Source: Candidatus Saccharimonadota bacterium
GTDB taxonomy: Bacteria; Patescibacteriota; Saccharimonadia; Saccharimonadales; AQU-01
Assembly (NCBI GenBank): GCA_037137935.1
Contig: JBAXJI010000004.1
Span: 1-58,318, forward strand
Reading direction: 5' to 3'
Length of the DNA: 58,318 nt
Under the pieces are notes generated by a model. That model was not told where the DNA came from. It made no database searches and worked only from the letters and a program-made list of their open reading frames with translations. Of the stretch, positions 47,235 to 58,259 are shown in pieces. Position 1 is the first letter of the stretch. The number at the start of each line of letters is the position of its first letter. The position numbers and the translations under genes were made by a program.

Positions 47235-47945
47235 CTACTTAATTGTCGTGCCAATGTTCTCGCCACTAACAATTCTTAGAAAATTTCCTGGAGTCATTGC
47301 GTCAAAAACAATAATAGGCATATGCTGTTCCATGGCGAGACCTAGAGCAGCCTTGTCCATGACTTTGATTGCAGTATTCTCAACAGCTTGCTGGAAACTC
47401 ACTTCATCAAGTCTGACTGCATCTGGATTATGAGAAGGGTCCTTGTCGTACACGCCGTCAACTTTAGTGGCCTTTAAAACGCGCTCACAATCAAGTTCTA
47501 AAGCAATAGAAACTGCAGCAGTGTCGTGCGTGAAATATGGTCGTCCAAGACCAGCGGCAACTATCAAAACTCTCTTTCTCTCGAGATGCTTTTCTGCCAA
47601 TCGGTAAGAATACGACTCAGCAATTTGTTCTGCAAAAATATTGCTAACACATCTAGTCGGCAGGCCGATACTTTCAAAGATGTCGGTAAGTGCCATGGCG
47701 TTTATTAAACCACTTAACATGCCCATTTGGTCGGCTGTGACTCTTTTGATGCCCTGACCAGCCATTTCCGCACCTCGCACCATATTTCCGCCACCGACTA
47801 CTAATACGACTTCAACATTGCTATCTACGACTTGTTTTATTTCGTTTGCAAGATAAAGAGCTATCTTTGGATCAACGCCAAATTCGTGTTCACCGGACAA
47901 TTGTTCACCTGATAATTTGAGTAAAATTCTTTTGTACATTAGCAT
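47235..47945 (-). CDS. pyrH: UMP kinase
   Basis: YKRILLKLSGE, VVGGGN..RG, and overall amino-acid-kinase family similarity. Confidence 0.93.
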   Translation of the reverse strand: MLMYKRILLKLSGEQLSGEHEFGVDPKIALYLANEIKQVVDSNVEVVLVVGGGNMVRGAEMAGQGIKRVTADQMGMLSGLINAMALTDIFESIGLPTRCVSNIFAEQIAESYSYRLAEKHLERKRVLIVAAGLGRPYFTHDTAAVSIALELDCERVLKATKVDGVYDKDPSHNPDAVRLDEVSFQQAVENTAIKVMDKAALGLAMEQHMPIIVFDAMTPGNFLRIVSGENIGTTIK

Positions 47946-48026
47946 GTAGTTTAACAGATGACCCCAGTTGATGCTATACTTTTCATGAATAACTATTCAA
48001 CTATGTCTGCGATATAAGGAGCAGTG

Positions 48027-48827
48027 ATGATCAAAATCTACTCATGGAACGTAAACGGCATTCGGGCAGTCCACAACAAGGGCTTGTTTTTGCCATTCAT
48101 AGAAAAAGAACAGCCCGACATATTATGCCTACAAGAAACAAAGGCCGCACAACATCAGTCCGAAGTGGACTTACCTGATTATGAAGAATTCTGGAACTCG
48201 GCAGACAAAAAGGGCTATAGCGGCACAGCAATTTTTACAAAAATTAAACCCTTAAATATCATTAATGGTTTACCTGATAACATAATCAAAAAATTCGGAC
48301 TAATTGCAGACGGTTACGGCGACCCAAACAGCGAGGGCAGAGTAGTGGCAGCTGAGTTCGATAAATTTTACTTAGTTACCGTCTATACACCCAACGCCAA
48401 AGACGATTTGTCGCGCATACCACTACGCCACGAACAATGGGACCCGGCATTTTTAGCGTACTGCCAAGAACTCGAAAAGCAAAAACCAGTAATTTTTTGT
48501 GGCGACCTAAATGTTGCACACACAGAGGACGACCTCGCCAACCCAAAGCCAAATATCGGCAAAAGAGGCTTCACTAGCGAAGAACGCAAAGGATTCGAAA
48601 ATTTCACAAGGGCTGGATTTGTTGACACATTTAGAATGTTTACAAAAGGCAGCGGTCACTATAGCTGGTGGACTTATTGGGCTAAATCGCGGGAACGAAA
48701 CGTTGGATGGCGTATTGATTACTTTTTGGTGTCAAAAATATTAAGCTCAAAAGTTAAAAGCGCAGCAATACATGCTGATGTTATGGGCTCTGACCACTGC
48801 CCAGTAAGCATAACGCTGGATATATAG
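48027..48827 (+). CDS. xth: Exodeoxyribonuclease III
   Basis: KIYSWNVNGIRA, LCLQETK, GDLNVAH, SDHCPV. Confidence 0.93.
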   Translation: MIKIYSWNVNGIRAVHNKGLFLPFIEKEQPDILCLQETKAAQHQSEVDLPDYEEFWNSADKKGYSGTAIFTKIKPLNIINGLPDNIIKKFGLIADGYGDPNSEGRVVAAEFDKFYLVTVYTPNAKDDLSRIPLRHEQWDPAFLAYCQELEKQKPVIFCGDLNVAHTEDDLANPKPNIGKRGFTSEERKGFENFTRAGFVDTFRMFTKGSGHYSWWTYWAKSRERNVGWRIDYFLVSKILSSKVKSAAIHADVMGSDHCPVSITLDI

Positions 48828-48838
48828 AGATACTTATT

Positions 48839-49633
48839 ATGGATAACAGCTACTGGCTAAAACAAAGTGATGCAGAGCCGCTCTTTCCTGATTTGATATG
48901 GAGCCGACCTGAAAGCAAACAAGCTGCCGGCAAGTTACTTATCATTGGAGGTAACGCACACGGCTTCTCAGCTCCAGCCGAAGCCTACGTTATTGCCGGA
49001 AAATCTGGAATAGGGTCAACTAGAGTCGTGATGCCTAATGCACTAAAAAAACTAACAGGTGCATTGCTAGAAAACGTCGAATACACCGCCAGCACACTTA
49101 GCGGTAGTTTTAGCAAACTAGCGCTGGACGACTTACTTGCAAACGCCGCTTGGTCAGATGGTGTATTGTTTGCTGGTGATTTAGGCAAAAACAGCGAAAC
49201 AGCAATAACTATCGAAAAATTTATCAACAAATATAGCGGACAAGTTACTTTTACCAAGGATGCTACCGACTACTGCCTAACAGATGCAGCGGCTGTAATG
49301 TCCCGACCTGAAACTCTACTAATAATGACGATCGCGCAGCTCCAAAAACTATTTATCGCCACAAAACAAACAACCGCCATAAGTTACGATATGAATATAT
49401 TGAACTTAACAGCTGCTTTAAATGTTATAGGCGAAAAATATCCCGCAACAATAATTGTTAAACACCAAGGGCAGCTGCTGGTCAGTGGGCAAGGCTTTGT
49501 ATCGTCAACTCGTACAGATCTAGATAATGAAGATGCCTGGAGACTTCAAACAGGAACAAAAGCGGCTGTCTGGTGGCTACAGAATCCAACCAAATCATTC
49601 GAGGCAATCACCACGAGCCTACTTGACGCCTAG
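48839..49633 (+). CDS. Divergent YjeF-C/ribokinase-fold (NAD(P)HX-dehydratase-like) protein
   Basis: GKLLIIGGNAHGFSAPAEAYVIAGKSGIGSTRVVMP resembles the YjeF_C N-terminal pattern, but the C-terminal GxGD motif is not evident. Confidence 0.4.
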   Translation: MDNSYWLKQSDAEPLFPDLIWSRPESKQAAGKLLIIGGNAHGFSAPAEAYVIAGKSGIGSTRVVMPNALKKLTGALLENVEYTASTLSGSFSKLALDDLLANAAWSDGVLFAGDLGKNSETAITIEKFINKYSGQVTFTKDATDYCLTDAAAVMSRPETLLIMTIAQLQKLFIATKQTTAISYDMNILNLTAALNVIGEKYPATIIVKHQGQLLVSGQGFVSSTRTDLDNEDAWRLQTGTKAAVWWLQNPTKSFEAITTSLLDA

Positions 49634-49924
49634 GTCTTTTGGTCTGGGATTTAACTTAACGGGCGGTAGGGCGATGGTAAAGGCCTTGAGTAAATCGAAG
49701 GGGATAATCTCTTGCTCAGTAGGCTTCGACTCGTTATTAGGCAATTCAGCCTCTTTGAACTCATTTTTGTGTTGAGCGTCAATATTGTCAATTTCAGGTA
49801 TAACTAAAGGCTTAAATAATAAACTGCGTGGAGGGATAGAATACTTAACTGGCTTATCGTCAGGTAATAAATCTCGCCTATTATTGGCTTCCTCGTTATA
49901 TGTGTTGAATTCTGACATAGTCAT
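49619..49924 (-). CDS. Hypothetical protein
   Basis: 101-aa ORF in an otherwise empty gap. Its 3' end overlaps the convergent gene by 15 nt. Confidence 0.4.
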   Translation of the reverse strand: MTMSEFNTYNEEANNRRDLLPDDKPVKYSIPPRSLLFKPLVIPEIDNIDAQHKNEFKEAELPNNESKPTEQEIIPFDLLKAFTIALPPVKLNPRPKDLGVK

Positions 49925-50008
49925 ATATTACCAATTACTAGTCTAGATATAGCAGACTTTTGTTAAAAAATAATTCGGCTTTAAAAAATAAAAAGATTTA
50001 TAGGCAAT

Positions 50009-50095
50009 TGGTGCCGCGGGACGGACTTGAACCGTCACGAACAAAAGTTCACAGGATTTTGAGTCCGGCGTGTCTACCAATTCCACCACCGCGGC
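50009..50095 (-). tRNA. tRNA-Leu (anticodon CAA), CCA encoded
   Basis: The reverse complement folds with acceptor GCCGCGG/CCGCGGC, anticodon loop CTCAAAA, variable-arm hairpin GAAC-tttt-GTTC, and T arm GACGG-TTCAAGT-CCGTC. Confidence 0.93.
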
Positions 50096-50239
50096 TCCAG
50101 CTGACTATATTATTACTAATCTGTTTGACTATTAAAGAACAGGGTATATTGTACCATAAAAATTCACTAAATATAGTACTGTTGGCCAAGCTAATCTTCG
50201 TAATATAGAGTATAATTTAGCTAAATACGGAACAAACAT

Positions 50240-51466
50240 ATGGAACCAGACGAAATACAACAAAACGAGAAAACTGCCGAACAAATCAGAAAACAACTGG
50301 GCAAGCTATACGGTGAAGAGCCCGCTATAGCGGAAGAGATAGAAGACGTGTCAGACGAAACCGACGACCTCTCTAAGCACCAAAGGTTTGTCTATAAACT
50401 TAGTCATTCTGGTAAAAGCCCCGACGACATAGAAACAGCCTGGCACCAATATTACGCAGGATTGTCGGACAATGATAAACATGAAGTTTGGCGAGAGTTT
50501 CAGGAAACTTCAAATACTCAAGAATCAGTCATCAGTGAATCTACCGAAATAAACTCTGTCAAACCAAGCCAGAACCACACGAGAGTAATTGACGAACCTG
50601 TCGTTATTCCAAGAAACCAATTTATCCGCCCGACTTATTACGACGAAGAACCACAACCAAAACATTCCCGAAACCGAAGCACAAAAACAGTATCAGAAAT
50701 CAAAAGACAACTAATAGGGAATATTGAGTCCAGGCAAAAACTAAAACCTAAACAACATTTAAAATCATTAATTTTTGGTCTTTCTGTAGGATCAATATTT
50801 GTACTTTTTCTACTTTTTGGATTCTTCAACGAACGATTTATCGCACCCTTTATCACGCCTAGCCGCAGTGTCAGTTCGACTCCTATTATTGTCGACGATT
50901 CGGGTATAGCAATAAGCAAAGAGCCGAAAATAATTATCCCGAAAATCAATGTAGAGGCACCAGTTGTTTATGACGAGCCATCTATAGAAGAGAAGGTGCT
51001 CCAGACGGCTCTACAACGAGGCACAGTGCATTATGCCACCACACCTCTACCAGGAGAAAAGGGAAATGTCGTTATTTTTGGACACTCTAGCAGCAACCTA
51101 CTAAACCAAGGAAAATATAAATATGCCTTCGTTTTATTAAGCAGAATGTCTATAGGCGATATATTTTACTTAACTAAGGACGGGCAACGTTTTAGCTATA
51201 AAATATACGAGAAAAAGATAGTCAGTCCAACAGCTGTTGAAGTAATCGGGACAGCCAGCAAACCAGAAACAGCAACCCTTATAACTTGCGACCCTCCAGG
51301 CTCTTCGCTTAACCGGCTAGTCATAATCGGCGAGCAAATTAACCCAGATCCAAACCTAAATATCGCTGCCACCACTCAGACAATTACTCCCGCCAAAACA
51401 ACTCTGCCAACAATTCTTCCAAGTAACTCACCAACTCTCTGGAGTCGTATAAAGAACTGGTTCTAA
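50240..51466 (+). CDS. Sortase-domain protein with about 180-aa cytoplasmic N-terminal extension
   Basis: TM segment at about residue 185, GNVVIFGHSS, and ATLITCDPPGS (catalytic Cys). Confidence 0.8.
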   Translation: MEPDEIQQNEKTAEQIRKQLGKLYGEEPAIAEEIEDVSDETDDLSKHQRFVYKLSHSGKSPDDIETAWHQYYAGLSDNDKHEVWREFQETSNTQESVISESTEINSVKPSQNHTRVIDEPVVIPRNQFIRPTYYDEEPQPKHSRNRSTKTVSEIKRQLIGNIESRQKLKPKQHLKSLIFGLSVGSIFVLFLLFGFFNERFIAPFITPSRSVSSTPIIVDDSGIAISKEPKIIIPKINVEAPVVYDEPSIEEKVLQTALQRGTVHYATTPLPGEKGNVVIFGHSSSNLLNQGKYKYAFVLLSRMSIGDIFYLTKDGQRFSYKIYEKKIVSPTAVEVIGTASKPETATLITCDPPGSSLNRLVIIGEQINPDPNLNIAATTQTITPAKTTLPTILPSNSPTLWSRIKNWF

Positions 51467-51470
51467 AAAG

Positions 51471-52946
51471 CTAGGGTAGGCGTAATTCTGTTCGTGTAAG
51501 CGCGGAACTTGCCGGACTACTTGTCGACGGCGCGATATTAAATAAGGCTGAATAATCTTTATTAAAGAACGGTCGTTGGTTGGAATTACTTGCTGACAAT
51601 ACTTGTTGATTAGAGCCGTCAAAATCAAATGCCATAGTTTTGCCTTCAGTCACAATCGTGAGCCTGTCGCCATCCATCCAATAAGCAGTCTGATTAACAA
51701 TAACAGGCTGCTTTAAGTCAAAGTAGAAGTGCCTTTCCGTCTCTATGTCATAGCTAGAAAATTTTACGCCATTTTGAGAAATTATATAGCGAGCAGTGTC
51801 TGAAAACGAAATTGAGTCGATTTGTTCAGCTCTTAATACGGTCAGTGGAGCTAACGATTTAAGGTTAGCTTGCTTCAAAGAGTCTTGAGGATTTTTATAT
51901 ACATAAACACGACCTGCAGCATTTTTTGGCCCGACAACCATATACCAATTACCACTGTATTGAGCGAGATCTAGCTTAACTTCTGTTTTTGGATCGAAAT
52001 TCTGCATCAAGTAACTATTAGTTCCGTCCCAGAGCTTTACGCTTAATGGTCCATCGACAAGCCCATTGTCTGTGGAGTACATAACTAGTTTTTCACCGTG
52101 CGTCTTATAGCTCAAAACATTCTGGAGGATTCTGTTGACCTGCTTGGTCTTAGCGTCATAAATAGCAAGGCTATGATCAGATGATTTATAAACTGTCATC
52201 TTGTCGAACCGCTTATCTACCAAATCAATTGTAGCGCCGTCTATCTGCAACTGCTTAGAAACATTATAAGAGCTGGCCACTGTATCGCGGTCAATCATTA
52301 TATATTCATAACTAGTCCCAAATTCGTGCTTAACTAAAAGATGCTTATTGTCGTTCGACCATTCTACTAATTTAATAGTTTGGATGGCGGTGCTAGAGGT
52401 CAGTAATCCGGCGGGTAGAACTAGTGGAGTGGGGGTCGGTTTGTCATTATTCATATCGAACATATCAAAGTTAGTCAATGCCGCTGACGACTGGACCAAC
52501 ATCCATCTTTTGTCCGGGCTATAAGTCGCAAAGCTTGGCGTGGTCGCATACTGCTTTAATTCACTTGTTACGAGTTTAGTGGGGAATAAAAGGGGGTAAA
52601 TGACTCTCTCGACACTTCCACCATCCAAATTAATAATCCGCTTCCAGCTACGATAACCGACACTCCTGAGTTCGAGCAAGTACTCTCCACCAGGTATTGT
52701 CAGCTTGGTATCAGTTTTTGACTTAATTGAAGTTCCATTGAGATAAATATCTGCTGCAACCGGCTTAGAAGAAATAAATAATAGTCCGTTTTGTATAACT
52801 TGCCCAGTCTTCCTATTTAAATCATAGCCATACGATTGGTATAGCAGAATTGTTGCGGCGGCGATAACAGCTGTTGCCACCAAAAAATAACCAACAAAAA
52901 GTCGTGTTAGATGTGCTTTTTTTTGGCTAGGGTCTTGGTAGTCCAT
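51471..52946 (-). CDS. Membrane-anchored PEGA-domain protein with predicted beta-propeller-like C-terminal region
   Basis: SKPVAADIYLNGT....T.TKLTIPGGEYLLELRSVGYRSWKR matches the PEGA pattern. Confidence 0.7.
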   Translation of the reverse strand: MDYQDPSQKKAHLTRLFVGYFLVATAVIAAATILLYQSYGYDLNRKTGQVIQNGLLFISSKPVAADIYLNGTSIKSKTDTKLTIPGGEYLLELRSVGYRSWKRIINLDGGSVERVIYPLLFPTKLVTSELKQYATTPSFATYSPDKRWMLVQSSAALTNFDMFDMNNDKPTPTPLVLPAGLLTSSTAIQTIKLVEWSNDNKHLLVKHEFGTSYEYIMIDRDTVASSYNVSKQLQIDGATIDLVDKRFDKMTVYKSSDHSLAIYDAKTKQVNRILQNVLSYKTHGEKLVMYSTDNGLVDGPLSVKLWDGTNSYLMQNFDPKTEVKLDLAQYSGNWYMVVGPKNAAGRVYVYKNPQDSLKQANLKSLAPLTVLRAEQIDSISFSDTARYIISQNGVKFSSYDIETERHFYFDLKQPVIVNQTAYWMDGDRLTIVTEGKTMAFDFDGSNQQVLSASNSNQRPFFNKDYSALFNIAPSTSSPASSALTRTELRLP

Positions 52947-53084
52947 ATTTACTTTTGTTTTTCTGATTTTATACGCTAGTCATAGTATACAACTATTTAT
53001 TTTAATATAAAGAGCGCAACTTATTCTAGTTGTAAAGATATGCGCTTAAGGTTATGATATTAAATAGATAGTAATAGATACAAA

Positions 53085-54083
53085 ATGACTGACAAAAACA
53101 CAATTGAGCTAAACGGTAAAATATATGACAGTACTAGCGGTAAGGTTATGGCGACACAACCTGCCAAAAGCAAGAAGCCTAGTCATAAAGCCAGTGCTAA
53201 CGCCGGGACGGTCCATCACAAAACACAGCGCCCAAAAACATTAATGAGATCTGTTGTAAAACGACCTAGATTCACTCAAAAAAGACTTCTACCTGCAAAA
53301 ACACTAAATAAATCTGGAGTTAAGCCTGTTTTACCTACAAAGATAGACGAAGAAAGAGTCAGCAGAGCCAAAGATGTACCTATGAGTAAACTTGTAAGTC
53401 GTTTTAACGGCTTGGCCGACAGAGCAACTCTTGTCAAGAAAACAGCTGTAATTTCCGTCAAAACAGCTCCAGCCGATAACATTAGCTTCCATAACTCTGC
53501 TCCCGTAAGCATAGAGTCAATCCCTAAAGATATATTCATGGCGGCCCTCAGCCGAGCCGAAAGCCATAAAGAAAAGCCTCTACCAAAAACCAAATTGCAC
53601 CATAAAGCTGCCAAAAAATTAGGAGTAAGTAATAAAATTTTTGCAGTCAGTAGCGCTACATTCTCAGCAGTATTGCTATTTGCATTTTTTGCCTATCAAA
53701 ACATACCTAATACTGCATTCCGACTAGCAGCCTCACGTGCAGGTGTACAGGCATCTCTACCTAGCTATAAACCAGCTGGCTTTGCTAAGAGCGGTCAAAC
53801 CGAATCAGCACCTGGACAAATATCTGTAAAGTTCGCATCTAACAGCGATAACAGGAGCTTTACAGTGACTCAGCGCGCCTCTAAATGGAACAGCTCCTCA
53901 TTACTAGAAGACTACGTTGCCATCAATCGACGCAACTACCAATCATTGCAAGTAGGTAGCAAAACTATTTACTTATATGGCGATTCCAATGCCACATGGG
54001 TTGACGGCAATACTTGGTACAAGATAGAAGGCAACTCAAACTTAAGTAGTCAGCAGCTACTCAGCATCGCCAAATCAATGTAA
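53085..54083 (+). CDS. Hypothetical single-pass membrane protein with basic N-terminal region
   Basis: Long ORF with a TM segment at about residue 195. No family recognised. Confidence 0.55.
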   Translation: MTDKNTIELNGKIYDSTSGKVMATQPAKSKKPSHKASANAGTVHHKTQRPKTLMRSVVKRPRFTQKRLLPAKTLNKSGVKPVLPTKIDEERVSRAKDVPMSKLVSRFNGLADRATLVKKTAVISVKTAPADNISFHNSAPVSIESIPKDIFMAALSRAESHKEKPLPKTKLHHKAAKKLGVSNKIFAVSSATFSAVLLFAFFAYQNIPNTAFRLAASRAGVQASLPSYKPAGFAKSGQTESAPGQISVKFASNSDNRSFTVTQRASKWNSSSLLEDYVAINRRNYQSLQVGSKTIYLYGDSNATWVDGNTWYKIEGNSNLSSQQLLSIAKSM

Positions 54084-54162
54084 TTTACTGAGTAATATTA
54101 CCGCAGGATAAGCACCAATAATCTTAAAATATCATGTTACAGTTATGATAAAATAAGGCGAA

Positions 54163-55320
54163 ATGCATAAAATTAAAAATTGGAGAATATTTTGCTGGCT
54201 TCTGGTCCTATCTGGTATCGGAATAATAATATTCGGCAACTACTATCCTAGTCTTTACTCTGCGCCATCAACTTATAAAAGCACGACTGGTCTCGTTATT
54301 GGAGTCAAAAAAATATACCCTATTGATGATTATACGTGTCGCTTTGACTGCAATATTGTGATAATGGACTCTGTTGAAATAACCTTTACCGTCAATCAAA
54401 ATAGATATAAATTCAATGAATCTGTCGGTGTAAATAAATTCCCACTGAATAAGTTAGTAAAAGTATCTTATAACCCCGAAAATCCAGGCTCTAAACCTGT
54501 CACAACAAATAATTCCGTAGTTATAAGAGATGGGAAGGCTATCGTTATATTAGGAAAGATATTATGCATACCCTTAATACCCTTACTATTATTTAACAAA
54601 AGAAATAAGCAATCCCAAGAGTCGCAATCTACATCTGGCTACGATACTGCCTTGCTGCCAAATAAGCTGTCAACAACAAATAACACTATCATTAATGAAG
54701 TTACCGTTGAGCCAGACGAAGCACCAGCGCCTCATAGTGCTATTATTTCTGCTGATAAATTAGATTCTGAAGAAAAAAAAGCACTCATAGATATGCTAAA
54801 TATAGCCTTTACTAATTGGGCGAACAAAACAAAAGCAGCTGCGATGTATTGGGGAATTATTGCACTATCAGCAACCCAGGCTCTGACGTTCATAGACTCG
54901 TTAAAACTTAAAAATTTAAAAATACATCTTATCTATAGTATCTGTACTGTCCTAATGATTGTTTTTGTATATTTTATATATGCTAAAAAGATAATAAAAA
55001 GAAGAACCGAAACTTTAAAAAATCTAGACAATATCTTACCCGTCTTTATGATTAGCGGTACTCTAACTGTCGACACGTTATACCAAACACTAAAGATTGA
55101 TGATTACGAAGTAACGGGACGCGACCCTGAACTAAATATAACTAACGCAAAAATAAAAATAAATAAATACATTTCTTATGGTGCTGAATTTTACGATATC
55201 GTCGATGACCTACAGAAGAGTCGTGCAACTATCGAGTTTATCCCATCATTGTCAATAGTTAGGTCGATTAAAGACGAAGAAGGTCATGGCTACAATTGCA
55301 TAACTGGAGCTGTTTTTTAA
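54163..55320 (+). CDS. Hypothetical membrane protein (N-terminal DUF3592-like TM-beta-TM module)
   Basis: Long ORF that is markedly A+T-rich by eye, with four predicted TM segments. Confidence 0.55.
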   Translation: MHKIKNWRIFCWLLVLSGIGIIIFGNYYPSLYSAPSTYKSTTGLVIGVKKIYPIDDYTCRFDCNIVIMDSVEITFTVNQNRYKFNESVGVNKFPLNKLVKVSYNPENPGSKPVTTNNSVVIRDGKAIVILGKILCIPLIPLLLFNKRNKQSQESQSTSGYDTALLPNKLSTTNNTIINEVTVEPDEAPAPHSAIISADKLDSEEKKALIDMLNIAFTNWANKTKAAAMYWGIIALSATQALTFIDSLKLKNLKIHLIYSICTVLMIVFVYFIYAKKIIKRRTETLKNLDNILPVFMISGTLTVDTLYQTLKIDDYEVTGRDPELNITNAKIKINKYISYGAEFYDIVDDLQKSRATIEFIPSLSIVRSIKDEEGHGYNCITGAVF

Positions 55321-55372
55321 GATATTTTCCCTGAAATCGGATGGCGATGTTATTTCTGTTATAATTAGCGCA

Positions 55373-56800
55373 ATGAAAGAAGTTAGAACTCGATTTGCGC
55401 CTAGTCCTACCGGCTTTATGCACGTTGGCGGTGTTCGCACGGCCTTGTTCGCGTGGCTAGTAGCTAAACAGGCTAACGGCAAGTTTCTGCTTAGACTTGA
55501 AGATACCGACAAGAACCGCGAAGTAGCTGGATCGGCCGAACACATCATGGAATCGCTACGATGGCTAGGGCTAGAGTGGGACGAAGGCCCCGACATAGGC
55601 GGCTCGCACGCACCTTATCTCCAGAGTGAACGACTCGATATATATAAGCAGTGGGCTGAGAAACTAATTGCTAGCGGTCGAGCATACGCTGACCCTTACA
55701 CAAAAGAAGAGCTTGAGACTTTTCGTGTTGACGCTCAAAAAAACAAACAACCCTTTTTGTACCGTAATCATCGGCCAGAAAATCCACCAGTATGGGATGG
55801 CAGCCAGGCGTTAAGATTTAAGTCAGATCCAAAAGTTTATCATTGGAAAGACGCTGTGCTGGGAGACTTATCAGCCGGAGCTGAAGCCGTTGACGACTTC
55901 ATACTAATAAAATCAGACGGCTACCCAACCTATAATTTCTGTCATATTGTTGACGACGAGCTCATGGAAATAACGCATGTTATTCGGTCACAGGAATTTA
56001 TTGCATCGGTCCCACGATTTTTAAATCTTTATGATGCCCTTGGTATTGACTGGCCGATATTTGCTACATTGCCTTATGTAATGGGTGCGGACGGCAAGAA
56101 AAAACTAGGTAAACGCGACGGCGCAAAAGATATTCTCGACTATAGAAAAGATGGCTACCTTCCGGAAACTATGATTAATTTTCTTGCCACCTTGGGCTGG
56201 AACGATGGAAGTGAACAGGAAATATTTAGCGTCAAAGAATTGATAGAGAAATTCTCGCTAGCAAGAGTACAACGTAGTGGTGCGGCATTCGACGAACAAA
56301 GACTATTATGGATGAATGGCAGTCATATTAGAGGTATTAGTCTTGATGACTTATTTGATAGAACTAAAAGTTACTGGCCAGAGCAATCCAATCAAAAAAG
56401 CGATGATTACAAAAAATCTGTTCTTGGTTTAATTCAAGAAAGACTAAAATATTTTGCAGAAATACCCGAGTTAACTACTTTCTTTTTTGAAGATCTACCA
56501 ATTAATCTTGAACTAATCACATCAAATAAACAGCTCAAAAAACTAGAAAATCAACAACTCAAAACTTATCTTCAAGAGGCCTTAGAAGTTCTTACCGACT
56601 CTGATTTTAGCGTCAATAATTTATCTGATACTCTTAATAAACTACTTGAAACAACAGGTGAAAAACCTGGGATATTATTTAGCTTAATAAGAATTGCCAC
56701 AACTTGGGCGCCAGCATCTCCTGGATTAGCCGACACATTATGTGTACTCGGAAAAGAAACTACACTTCGTCGCATCAGAGCCAGCATATCTAGCATTTAA
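55373..56800 (+). CDS. gltX: Glutamate--tRNA ligase
   Basis: RFAPSPTGFMHVGGVRTALF (HIGH region) and KLGKRDG (KMSKS region). Confidence 0.95.
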   Translation: MKEVRTRFAPSPTGFMHVGGVRTALFAWLVAKQANGKFLLRLEDTDKNREVAGSAEHIMESLRWLGLEWDEGPDIGGSHAPYLQSERLDIYKQWAEKLIASGRAYADPYTKEELETFRVDAQKNKQPFLYRNHRPENPPVWDGSQALRFKSDPKVYHWKDAVLGDLSAGAEAVDDFILIKSDGYPTYNFCHIVDDELMEITHVIRSQEFIASVPRFLNLYDALGIDWPIFATLPYVMGADGKKKLGKRDGAKDILDYRKDGYLPETMINFLATLGWNDGSEQEIFSVKELIEKFSLARVQRSGAAFDEQRLLWMNGSHIRGISLDDLFDRTKSYWPEQSNQKSDDYKKSVLGLIQERLKYFAEIPELTTFFFEDLPINLELITSNKQLKKLENQQLKTYLQEALEVLTDSDFSVNNLSDTLNKLLETTGEKPGILFSLIRIATTWAPASPGLADTLCVLGKETTLRRIRASISSI

Positions 56801-56897
56801 ATAAATCGCACAGTCTAGCCACTAGTAATAAGTAGTGTCTTAGTATTTAGCTTGTGCCTATAGGCAAATAAGCATTAGCACTGTTACAATATAGTCT

Positions 56898-58250
56898 ATG
56901 GATGATATTTCTTGGCCTAAAAACAAACCAAAATCAAAAACTAGATCAAAGAAAATTCTTACTGTTAGGGGGGCGCCTACTGAGCTCGATCCTTTAGATT
57001 TAGATATCAAATCAGAAGAAGCAGTAACCGAGCTACAAACAGAAACGCAACCTCTAGAGAGTAATGCAGACCCCTTAGTCATTGCTGACGCATCGCCAGC
57101 CATTGCTGAGCCAAAAACAAGAAGAATATTCTTTAAGCACACCAACATGACCAAGAAAAAGTGGGCAATGCTAATTGTCGTGCTTATAGCGCTTATAGCG
57201 GCAGGTGTGTATGGAGGCATTAAATTATACAAACACTATAGTTCATCATCTAAAGTAAAAACGTCGACCACAAAAACAACCAAACCAGTTCCACCGCCAA
57301 TTACAACTGGGCCATCACCATTGACAGGCGCAGAAGTTGATTTGAGCCTAGTAGGCAGGCCTGTTACGGGCATTATGATAGAGAACAGCTTTGACGCACG
57401 TCCACAATCTGGGCTTAAAGACGCCGGTATAGTTTACGAAGCTATCGCCGAAGGAGGAATAACAAGATTCTTAGCCCTATACCAAGAGGCACGACCTGAC
57501 TACATAGGACCAGTCCGCAGCGTACGACCTTACTATCTAGACTTTTTGATGCCCTTTAATGCCTCCATCGCTCATGTTGGCGGCGCCCCACAAGCTTTGG
57601 CAGAGATCAAAACATTCGGCATACATGATCTTGACCAATTCGCTAACGGCAACTCCTACACTAGAATTACTCAAAGATTTGCGCCCCACAATGTCTATAC
57701 TAGCTTCGACAAAATGGACGCGCTTAATGCTGAAAAAGGTTTCAAATATGTTGAGTTCGCGGCCTTCCCAAGAAAAAAGGACTCCCCAGCTACTCCAAAA
57801 CCTACTACTACAACTGCGGCCACTAAGCCTACCGCCACAACAACTACTACACCAATCCCAGCCGTAAACGCAATAGACCTAGCAATTTCTGGACCAGATT
57901 TTAACGCTCACTACGACTATGACTTGTCTACTAACACTTACAAGAGGAGTGAAGGTGGTGCCATACATATAGACGAAAAATCAGCCGTCCAACTTGCACC
58001 AAAAGTTGTAATCGCATTAGTTATGGAGCGCGGGATTGCTAGCGACGGTCAACATACTGACTACTCAACAACAGGCAACGGACATATGTTTGTATTTCAA
58101 GACGGCACCATAACTGAAGGCACGTGGACAAAATCCGATAGAACTTCACAGTTTGTATTTACTAATGCTGCTGGTCAACCGCTCAAACTTAATGCCGGCC
58201 AAACATGGATCACCTTAGTAGATAAAGCTACGAATGTAACCTATAAATAA
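56898..58250 (+). CDS. DUF3048 domain-containing secreted/membrane-anchored protein
   Basis: SPLTGAEV....RPVTGIMIENS.DARPQSGL..AGIVYEAIAEGGITRFLALY is characteristic of DUF3048. Confidence 0.8.
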   Translation: MDDISWPKNKPKSKTRSKKILTVRGAPTELDPLDLDIKSEEAVTELQTETQPLESNADPLVIADASPAIAEPKTRRIFFKHTNMTKKKWAMLIVVLIALIAAGVYGGIKLYKHYSSSSKVKTSTTKTTKPVPPPITTGPSPLTGAEVDLSLVGRPVTGIMIENSFDARPQSGLKDAGIVYEAIAEGGITRFLALYQEARPDYIGPVRSVRPYYLDFLMPFNASIAHVGGAPQALAEIKTFGIHDLDQFANGNSYTRITQRFAPHNVYTSFDKMDALNAEKGFKYVEFAAFPRKKDSPATPKPTTTTAATKPTATTTTTPIPAVNAIDLAISGPDFNAHYDYDLSTNTYKRSEGGAIHIDEKSAVQLAPKVVIALVMERGIASDGQHTDYSTTGNGHMFVFQDGTITEGTWTKSDRTSQFVFTNAAGQPLKLNAGQTWITLVDKATNVTYK

Positions 58251-58259
58251 GCAACAAAA

